Part shown: piece after piece, positions 57,893-64,000 of the stretch
Layout: each line of letters opens with the position of its first letter
Numbering within the stretch: the stretch's first letter is position 1
Source: Cellvibrionales bacterium
Lineage (GTDB): Bacteria > Pseudomonadota > Gammaproteobacteria > Pseudomonadales > Halieaceae
Direction of reading: 5' to 3'
Length of the DNA stretch: 64,000 bases
Assembly: GCA_043585095.1 (NCBI GenBank)
Contig: CP121321.1
Coordinates: 3,235,481 to 3,299,480 of the forward strand
Notes under the pieces: model-generated
Database searches by the model: none
The model's input: only the letters and a program-made list of their open reading frames with translations
What the model was told of the DNA's origin: nothing
Program-made: the position numbers and the translations under genes

Positions 57893-57950
57893 GGCACCGC
57901 AACGGCGCATTTTGCACCACAGTAGTGCTTTTGCGCCTCGTATTGGTGCA
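57893..57950. promoter_or_regulatory. Cluster of NtrC-type enhancer sites upstream of glnA
   Basis: GGCACC-N5-GGCGCA (57893-57909), TGCACC-N5-AGTGCT (57913-57929) and a GGTGCA half-site (57945-57950), compared with the consensus TGCACC-N5-GGTGCA. The two full sites are phased at 20 bp, about 75-130 bp upstream of the sigma-54 promoter. Confidence 0.65.
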
Positions 57951-58022
57951 GAATGGCGAGGCCTGTACAAACCCTGCAGCTTAAAGGTCTGGATTTACAG
58001 TGACTTATGTATCGCCGCTGCA

Positions 58023-58038
58023 TGGCACGGCTCTTGCT
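58023..58038 (+). promoter_or_regulatory. Sigma-54 promoter (glnAp2-type)
   Basis: TGGCACGGCTCTTGCT has correct GG/GC spacing against the consensus TGGCACG-N4-TTGCW. It lies about 115 nt upstream of the glnA ATG. Confidence 0.8.
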
Positions 58039-58153
58039 ACTCTCCCAGAGCAGCGAATTTTGCCGCACAGTAGTCCTGCGGCCGCTATACGGGGACGCAA
58101 TACAAAAAAGACGCAGCGAGACTGCGGCTAAAGAAATCCGATGGAGGAAAAGA

Positions 58154-59560
58154 ATGTCAGAGAGCACTCTGAACTTAATCAAAGAAAGTGAAGCCCGCTG
58201 GGTAGACTTACGTTTCACCGACACCAAGGGCAAGGAGCAACACGTCTCCATCCCATCAACCGAGGTGGATGCTGATTTCTTCGAGGGGGGCAAAATGTTT
58301 GACGGCTCCTCTATTTCAGGCTGGAAAGGCATTAATGAGTCAGACATGATTCTTATGCCTGATGACTCCACGTCAATCCTGGATCCGTTCACCGATGAGC
58401 CTACCGTCATTTTGCGCTGCGATATTGTCGAGCCCTCTACGATGCAGGGCTACAACCGCGATCCGCGCTCTGTCGCCAAACGTGCCGAGGAGTACCTGAA
58501 GTCTACCGGCCTGGGTGATACCGCCTACTTTGGTAACGAGCCGGAATTTTTCATCTTTGATGATGTGAAATGGCACGCAGACATGAGCGGTGCTGGATAT
58601 AGCATAGGCTCCGAGGAAGCGGCCTGGGCGTCCAACCAGTCATTTGAAGACGGCAACACGGGTCACCGACCCGGCGTTAAAGGCGGCTACTTCCCGGTAC
58701 CACCTGTTGATTCACTGCATGACATCCGTGCAGCGATGTGTGGTGCCATGGAGCAAATGGGCCTGCCGATCGAAGTACACCACCACGAAGTTGGCACGGC
58801 GGGTCAGTGCGAGATCGGTGTCCGTTTCGACACGCTGGTTGCCAAGGCGGATGCTACGCAAATCCTGAAATACTGCGTGCACAATGTAGCTCACGCCTAC
58901 GGCAAAACTGCAACGTTCATGCCCAAGCCTCTGGTTGGCGACAACGGCAGCGGTATGCACGTTCACCAATCTTTCGCGAAAGACGGTGAAAACGTGTTTG
59001 CAGGCGACAGCTACGCAGGCCTCTCCGAGACCGCGCTGTACTACATTGGCGGCATTATCAAACACGCTCGAGCTCTAAACGCGTTCACCAACGCATCAAC
59101 CAACAGCTACAAGCGTCTGGTGCCAGGATTCGAAGCGCCGGTCATGCTGGCTTACTCAGCACGTAACCGCTCTGCATCGATCCGTATTCCTTACGAGCCC
59201 AACCCGCGCGGCAAGCGTATTGAAGTGCGCTTCCCCGATCCAACTGCCAACCCGTATCTGTCGTTCGCGGCGATGTTGATGGCGGGCATTGACGGCATCA
59301 CCAATAAGATCCACCCCGGTGATGCAGCCGACAAGGATCTTTACGATCTACCGGCTGAAGAAGCTAAAGCGATCCCCACCGTGGCCTCCAGCCTGTCTAT
59401 GGCTTTGGAAGCACTGGATGCGGACCGTGAGTTCCTGACCGCTGGCGGCGTCTTCGACGATGACATGATCGATGGGTACATCGAACTCAAGTCAGAGGAG
59501 GTCGAGAAGCTGGATATGACCACGCACCCCGTGGAATTTGATATGTATTACTCTCTGTAA
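58154..59560 (+). CDS. glnA: Glutamine synthetase type I
   Basis: [31 protein letters not shown]-terminus, the adenylylation-loop KDLYDLP and 468 aa. The ORF-track start at 58007 is an over-extension. Confidence 0.97.
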   Translation: MSESTLNLIKESEARWVDLRFTDTKGKEQHVSIPSTEVDADFFEGGKMFDGSSISGWKGINESDMILMPDDSTSILDPFTDEPTVILRCDIVEPSTMQGYNRDPRSVAKRAEEYLKSTGLGDTAYFGNEPEFFIFDDVKWHADMSGAGYSIGSEEAAWASNQSFEDGNTGHRPGVKGGYFPVPPVDSLHDIRAAMCGAMEQMGLPIEVHHHEVGTAGQCEIGVRFDTLVAKADATQILKYCVHNVAHAYGKTATFMPKPLVGDNGSGMHVHQSFAKDGENVFAGDSYAGLSETALYYIGGIIKHARALNAFTNASTNSYKRLVPGFEAPVMLAYSARNRSASIRIPYEPNPRGKRIEVRFPDPTANPYLSFAAMLMAGIDGITNKIHPGDAADKDLYDLPAEEAKAIPTVASSLSMALEALDADREFLTAGGVFDDDMIDGYIELKSEEVEKLDMTTHPVEFDMYYSL

Positions 59561-59576
59561 GCTCGAGAGTGACCGT

Positions 59577-59602
59577 AAGCCCGCTTCGGCGGGCTTTTTT
59601 TT
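59577..59602 (+). terminator. Rho-independent terminator of glnA
   Basis: AAGCCCGC-TTCG-GCGGGCTT stem-loop followed by a T-run. Confidence 0.9.
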
Positions 59603-59684
59603 GCCTGTCATTTGTCGGGGGGCCCTATTTGCCCAGAGCCGCAATATTGGGGTACCTTACAGAACAGGCTTGGAGTAAATAGAG

Positions 59685-60293
59685 TTGAAACAGTCACTTA
59701 GAGCATTCTTGTCAGACTTTCCCGGGCGGCCGTCTATGGCGGCAGCCATACTGGGTCTGGTGGTCTTGCTGGCCGGCAGCGGCGCATCCGCGCAGGTGTA
59801 CCGGGTTGTCGATGAGAACGGTAACGTGACGTTCACCGATAAACCGCCACCCAATGCTGAAAAACTCGATATTCGCACTCCCAATTCCTCAGCACCGCCT
59901 ACTAATGGCGTCTTTCCTAAATCATCTCCTTCGACGACGACCGACGGCGAAGAAGGCGAAGAGGGAACCAACTACACACTAAAGATTACCTCGCCGAGTG
60001 ATGAAACGATTATCCCACGGGGCCCGGGCAATTTTTCAGTCAGTGCCAGCGTCTCGCCCTCCCTGCAGTCCGGGCACAAATTGCTCTTAATGCTTGATGG
60101 TAGCGCTCACGGTGAAGCCCAGCAGTCTGGCAGTTGGTCGCTTACCAACGTCTCCAGGGGCGAACATGCTTTGTCAGTTGCCGCCGTGGATGGCAGCAAT
60201 AAGACACTGGGGACGTCTGCCTCGATAAAAGTCTACGTGTTCAGACCTTCGATCAACGATGTCACGCGAACCAACCCGGTCAGACCCCGCTAG
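59685..60293 (+). CDS. DUF4124 domain protein (secreted)
   Basis: TTG start, a signal peptide and the VYRVVDENGNVTFTDKPP motif typical of DUF4124. Conserved position between glnA and ntrB. Confidence 0.75.
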   Translation: MKQSLRAFLSDFPGRPSMAAAILGLVVLLAGSGASAQVYRVVDENGNVTFTDKPPPNAEKLDIRTPNSSAPPTNGVFPKSSPSTTTDGEEGEEGTNYTLKITSPSDETIIPRGPGNFSVSASVSPSLQSGHKLLLMLDGSAHGEAQQSGSWSLTNVSRGEHALSVAAVDGSNKTLGTSASIKVYVFRPSINDVTRTNPVRPR

Positions 60294-60410
60294 CTTGCTC
60301 CCGAAAGCGCCACACCCCCATATCAGTAGGCTCGCTGTGCTGCTGACGCTATAACGCCTCATGCGACGCCGCCTCTTTCACAGTAACAAATAGCCGCCCC
60401 TCACAATTTA

Positions 60411-60427
60411 TGCACTATAATAGTGCA
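60411..60427. promoter_or_regulatory. Perfect palindromic NtrC-type site TGCACTATAATAGTGCA (contains TATAAT)
   Basis: 17-bp perfect inverted repeat matching the outer TGCAC/GTGCA positions of NtrC half-sites. It lies 138 bp upstream of the sigma-54-like element at 60565. Confidence 0.65.
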
Positions 60428-60564
60428 TGCCTGAGAGTCTTTCATCTCGCCATTTCGGACTCGGCGCCGGGGAAGCCTAACAACAGGATGCTTGTTAGCG
60501 CTTACTATCGCTACAGACTGGCGTTTCCAATACTGCATTATTCTGGGGCGTGATGAAGCAAGTG

Positions 60565-60580
60565 TGGCGTTATTTTTGCA
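60565..60580 (+). promoter_or_regulatory. Candidate sigma-54 promoter upstream of ntrB
   Basis: TGGCGTTATTTTTGCA has correct -24 GG / -12 GC spacing. It lies about 72 nt upstream of the ntrB ATG. Confidence 0.55.
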
Positions 60581-60651
60581 AACAAAAGATGCCGTTAAAC
60601 GGCGGGCTCAGCACTCGACTGAAACATGTTCAGCAACCCGGTCTAAATCCA

Positions 60652-61731
60652 ATGGACAGCGATTTCCAAGCACAGATTCTGGACAACCTGGCCACCGCCG
60701 TATTGGTGCTGGACAGTACCTTGCGCCTGGAGTTCATCAGTCCTGCCGCGCAGGCACTGCTGGAGCTGAGCGAAGCCCGGTCTATAGGCGAGCATATCGA
60801 CGACTTACTCAACAATCAGCTCGGTTTCATTTGGGAGAACCATTCCGCTAGCCCACCTGAAGGCAGTTATACCAACCGGGGTCTAACGATGGTGGCTGCC
60901 ACCGGGCAGGAGTTTGTCGTCGATTGCACCGTATCGCCTATGTTTGATCCGCAGCGCTCGCTGCGTGCCATTCTGGTAGAAATCCATCCCGTTGATCGAG
61001 TGCGCCGCATCAATCGAGAGGAAGGTTTACTAGTCACTCAGGAGAACACTCAGGCGCTTATCAGAGGTCTGGCCCACGAGATTAAGAACCCTCTCGGCGG
61101 CTTGCGCGGGGCTGCACAACTTTTGGCAAGAGAGTTACCCGACCCCGCCCTGGAAGAGTACACGGGGATCATTATTGAGGAATCAGACCGTCTCCGCAGT
61201 CTGGTTGATCGGCTACTCAGCCCACACCAGCAGCCGCGGATGTCCGATATCAATATTCACGAGGTACTTGAGCACATCCGCACTCTAGGTGAGGCAGAGA
61301 CAGGTGGTGAGGTGAGCTTCAAACGAGACTACGACCCCAGCCTACCCAGCCTGGAAGGCGACCGTAGCCAGCTGATACAAGCCATCCTGAATATCGTACG
61401 CAATGCGATTCAGGCAATGGAAATCAACAGCGGCGACAAAGCGATAACCCTGCGCACTCGGGTGCAACGCCAGTTCACCATCGGCACCAAGCGTTACCGC
61501 CTGGTGGCGAAGGTCAGCATTATTGATAACGGGCCCGGCATTCCTGAAGACCTGCGCGAGTCACTTTTTATACCCATGGTCAGTGGCCGCCCCGACGGCA
61601 GCGGCCTGGGCCTGTCCATTTCGCAATCGATAATCAACCGACACCGCGGGCTCATTGAATGCCACAGCGAGCTCGGTCACACAGAATTCAATCTCTATAT
61701 TCCTTTGGATGATAACAATGCAACGAACTGA
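60652..61731 (+). CDS. ntrB: Nitrogen regulation sensor histidine kinase NtrB (GlnL)
   Basis: PAS N-domain (ILDNLATAVLVLD), H-box LAHEIKNPLGG, N and G boxes. The Met at 60652 matches the NtrB N-terminus. Confidence 0.93.
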   Translation: MDSDFQAQILDNLATAVLVLDSTLRLEFISPAAQALLELSEARSIGEHIDDLLNNQLGFIWENHSASPPEGSYTNRGLTMVAATGQEFVVDCTVSPMFDPQRSLRAILVEIHPVDRVRRINREEGLLVTQENTQALIRGLAHEIKNPLGGLRGAAQLLARELPDPALEEYTGIIIEESDRLRSLVDRLLSPHQQPRMSDINIHEVLEHIRTLGEAETGGEVSFKRDYDPSLPSLEGDRSQLIQAILNIVRNAIQAMEINSGDKAITLRTRVQRQFTIGTKRYRLVAKVSIIDNGPGIPEDLRESLFIPMVSGRPDGSGLGLSISQSIINRHRGLIECHSELGHTEFNLYIPLDDNNATN

Positions 61732-63121
61732 AAAAGTCTGGATTGTCGACGACGATCGCTCTATCCGTTGGGTATTAGAAAAGGCCTTGAGTCAGGCGGG
61801 GCTGGACATAGAGTGTTTCGAGAACGGCGAAAGCCTGCTGCGCCAGCTTGACCATAAAAAGCCGGACGCCATTGTCAGCGATATCCGCATGCCCGGCATG
61901 GATGGGCTGGAGTTACTGTCACACATCCAGCAGAACGAACCCGCCCTGCCGGTAATTATCACTACTGCACACTCTGATTTAGACAGCGCGGTGGAGTCTT
62001 ACCAACGCGGCGCCTTCGAGTACCTGCCAAAACCCTTTGATATTGAAGAGGTAGTCGCCGTAACCCAAAGAGCGCTGGCCCAAGCGCGTGAACATGGCAT
62101 GGGAGCCAGCACCGAGGAAGCGGCACCACCGCCTACAGAAATAATCGGCGAAGCTCCGGCGATGCAGGAAGTTTTCAGAGCCATCGGCAGGCTATCGCAG
62201 TCCAATATCACGGTACTGATCAACGGTGAATCCGGAACCGGTAAAGAGCTGGTTGCTCGCGCTCTGCACCGTCACAGCCCACGGCGCGCAGAGCCATTTA
62301 TCGCGCTGAATATGGCGGCTATACCGAAGGACTTAATGGAGTCAGAGCTGTTTGGCCACGAGAAAGGCGCGTTCACCGGAGCAAACGCTATGCGCAGGGG
62401 CCGTTTTGAGCAAGCCGACGGCGGCACTTTGTTTCTCGATGAGATTGGCGATATGCCAGCCGAGACGCAGACCCGGTTGCTGCGCGTGCTAGCTGACGGT
62501 GAGTTCTACAGAGTAGGTGGTCACACCCCCGTTAAAGTGGATGTACGCATCATTGCTGCCACCCACCAGGATCTGGAGCGGCTGGTAGACAATCGCAGCT
62601 TCCGTGAAGATTTATTCCACCGCCTGAACGTTATTCGCATACATATACCCAAGCTTGCGGAGCGCCGTGAAGACATCCCCCAGCTGATGCGCCACTTCTT
62701 CGCACGCGCCGCAGAGGAACTGGATGTGGAGACAAAAACGCTGCTGCCAGATACAGAGAAGTACCTGCAAAACCTCAGCTGGCCCGGCAACGTCAGACAG
62801 CTCGAAAACGCCTGCCGCTGGATTACCGTCATGGCGTCAGGCCGTGAGGTTCACCTAAGCGACCTTCCGCCAGAATTGGCTCTGGGCGCGTCGGACGACA
62901 GCGAATCGGATAACTGGCATCAGTTGTTAAGGCGTTGGGCCGACAACGAACTGTCGCGCGGTCGTGAACAGCTCCTCGAACAGGCCATGCCAGAATTTGA
63001 GCGCATTATGATTGAAGCCGCTCTAGCGCACACCCGGGGTCGCAAACGGGACGCGTCGCAACTATTGGGCTGGGGGCGCAATACCCTTACGCGCAAAATG
63101 AAAGAACTTGGCATGCCCTGA
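61718..63121 (+). CDS. ntrC: Nitrogen regulation response regulator NtrC (GlnG), sigma-54 activator
   Basis: Receiver VWIVDDDRSIRWVL...D, AAA+ GESGTGKE, the GAFTGA loop and a C-terminal HTH. The start at 61718 overlaps the ntrB end. Confidence 0.96.
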   Translation: MQRTEKVWIVDDDRSIRWVLEKALSQAGLDIECFENGESLLRQLDHKKPDAIVSDIRMPGMDGLELLSHIQQNEPALPVIITTAHSDLDSAVESYQRGAFEYLPKPFDIEEVVAVTQRALAQAREHGMGASTEEAAPPPTEIIGEAPAMQEVFRAIGRLSQSNITVLINGESGTGKELVARALHRHSPRRAEPFIALNMAAIPKDLMESELFGHEKGAFTGANAMRRGRFEQADGGTLFLDEIGDMPAETQTRLLRVLADGEFYRVGGHTPVKVDVRIIAATHQDLERLVDNRSFREDLFHRLNVIRIHIPKLAERREDIPQLMRHFFARAAEELDVETKTLLPDTEKYLQNLSWPGNVRQLENACRWITVMASGREVHLSDLPPELALGASDDSESDNWHQLLRRWADNELSRGREQLLEQAMPEFERIMIEAALAHTRGRKRDASQLLGWGRNTLTRKMKELGMP

Positions 63122-63128
63122 CGCGAAC

Positions 63129-63608
63129 GTGTTCGATATTGTTCTCTACGAGCCCGAGATCCCTCCCAATACCGGGAATATCATGCGGCTGTGTGCCAAC
63201 ACAGGATGCCGCCTGCATCTGGTAGAGCCACTAGGCTTCGATCTGGATGAGAAGCGGCTCAGGCGGGCCGGCCTGGACTATAGAGATTTTGCCAGCGTGC
63301 GGGTCCATGAAAATTGGTCGCACTGTGCAGGCGCACTCACCGGCCGCATCTATGCACTCAGCACACGCGGCGAGTCGTCACATTGCGCTCCACGTTTTGA
63401 AGCCGGTGACGCACTGGTGTTTGGCCCAGAAACCCGCGGACTGCCCGACGAATTGCTGTTCAACTTGCCTGTCGAACAACGCCTTAGAATTCCCATGCTG
63501 CCACAAAGCCGCAGCATGAACCTGAGTAATGCCGCCGCCGTCGTGGTGTACGAGGCTTGGCGTCAGCAGGATTTTTCAGGCTCAGGGGCCCTGACACCAA
63601 AACAATAG
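63129..63608 (+). CDS. trmL: tRNA (cytidine/uridine-2'-O)-methyltransferase TrmL (SpoU family)
   Basis: FDIVLYEPEIPPNTGNIMRLCANTG matches the TrmL N-terminus. The GTG at 63129 is preferred over the ORF-track start at 63108. Confidence 0.9.
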   Translation: MFDIVLYEPEIPPNTGNIMRLCANTGCRLHLVEPLGFDLDEKRLRRAGLDYRDFASVRVHENWSHCAGALTGRIYALSTRGESSHCAPRFEAGDALVFGPETRGLPDELLFNLPVEQRLRIPMLPQSRSMNLSNAAAVVVYEAWRQQDFSGSGALTPKQ

Positions 63609-63628
63609 CGCCCGTATAGATCGGGCGC
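63608..63628. terminator. Hairpin between convergent trmL and secB
   Basis: GCGCCCG-TATAGAT-CGGGCGC stem-loop with no U-tract. Confidence 0.45.
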
Positions 63629-63635
63629 GCATCGA

Positions 63636-64000
63636 TCAGCTTTCGGCTTCGCTATCAGCCGGTGCTACCGCCTGCTGCTCCGCCGCCTTCTGCTGTGCTT
63701 GCTGCACGGCTTGCGCGTAAAGCGCTTCGAAGTTCACCTGTGCCAGCATCAACGCTGGGAAGGTGCCGCGAGTTGCGATGTTGTCGATGGTTTCCCGGGC
63801 GTAGGGAAACAGCATATTGGGGCAGTAAATAGCTAACACCTGCCGCAGTTCTTCGCCTTCCAGACCGCGCGCCAGGAAAATACCTGCCTGTTGAACTTCG
63901 ATTAAAAAAGCCGTTTGTTCTTCTAGCTTGGCGGTGACCGTGATGGTCAAAACAACCTCGTAGTTGTCGCCATCGATCAGTGAACTGGTAGTGCGCAAGT
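63636..64000 (-). CDS. secB: Protein-export chaperone SecB, C-terminal part; the 5' end lies beyond the window
   Basis: EVQQAGIF...[12 protein letters not shown]....RGTFP.L.L..VNF.ALY pattern and an acidic tail. ORF open to the window end. Confidence 0.92.
   Translation of the reverse strand, partial: LRTTSSLIDGDNYEVVLTITVTAKLEEQTAFLIEVQQAGIFLARGLEGEELRQVLAIYCPNMLFPYARETIDNIATRGTFPALMLAQVNFEALYAQAVQQAQQKAAEQQAVAPADSEAES

Noticed and set aside
57005-57925. 306-aa ORF on the plus strand, antisense to typA. Similar long antisense ORFs lie at 15026-15703, 6230-6829, 4718-5182, 53815-54339, 36008-36454 and 58410-57739.
   Set aside because: Each lies fully or mostly opposite a confidently identified conserved gene. 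The translations are Arg/Pro/Ala-rich low-information sequences typical of shadow ORFs in GC-rich DNA. None has a recognisable motif or ribosome-binding site.
57932-57950. Third full NtrC site upstream of glnA (TGCGCC-N7-GGTGCA).
   Set aside because: The spacer is 7 rather than 5 nt, and the alternative 17-mer has a poor left half. Only the GGTGCA half-site is credible.
60294-60323. Second sigma-32-like element (CTTGCT ... CCCCATAT) downstream of the DUF4124 gene.
   Set aside because: The -35 has two mismatches and the spacer, about 16 nt, is longer than usual. No heat-shock gene lies downstream. It is probably a chance match.

Overview
Chromosomal window from a GC-rich gammaproteobacterium (upper-50s % GC by eye, not computed). 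I call about 60 protein genes. I saw no rRNA, tRNA, CRISPR array, transposase, integrase or prophage genes. The housekeeping gene order resembles Pseudomonas-like genomes: priA-argS-SPOR-hslVU-DUF971-ubiE-ubiJ-ubiB-hisI-hisE-tatABC at the left end and typA-glnA-DUF4124-ntrBC-trmL-secB at the right end. In between lie pntAA/AB/B, efp-epmA, serB, parC and dtd-pip, mixed with accessory-looking patches. Patch 1 (about 11.0-24.9 kb) holds a PLD/EEP pair, an ABC exporter, a hemerythrin protein, a lipoprotein PvdQ-type acyl-homoserine-lactone acylase, an orphan Omp85-family outer-membrane protein, a lipoprotein serine hydrolase, a Zn-ADH, a DhlA-like haloalkane dehalogenase and an exported methyltransferase. 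Patch 2 (28.6-34.9 kb) is an ECF sigma/ChrR anti-sigma pair divergent from a five-gene lipid-modification operon, and both directions carry the same TGATCC-N16-CGTAA promoter motif. Patch 3 (34.9-40.8 kb) is a same-strand cluster of PQQ sugar dehydrogenase, EamA transporter, FAN1-like VRR-NUC nuclease and a PD-(D/E)xK-XPD/DinG-type Fe-S helicase, with overlapping start/stop codons among the last three. Four places seem most worth a second look. First, two lipoprotein hydrolases share a post-lipobox peptide (CSDS[ND][DN]SF[VI]PE) and flank the orphan Omp85 gene. Second, the bacterial FAN1/XPD-like nuclease-helicase module. Third, a 568-bp structured non-coding region between efp and a 595-aa PilZ-like gene, which also carries an overlapping 14-codon uORF. 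Fourth, a 12-bp x5 tandem repeat in frame just after that gene's stop codon. All functional calls rest on by-eye motif and family recognition from the supplied translations; no database search was possible.
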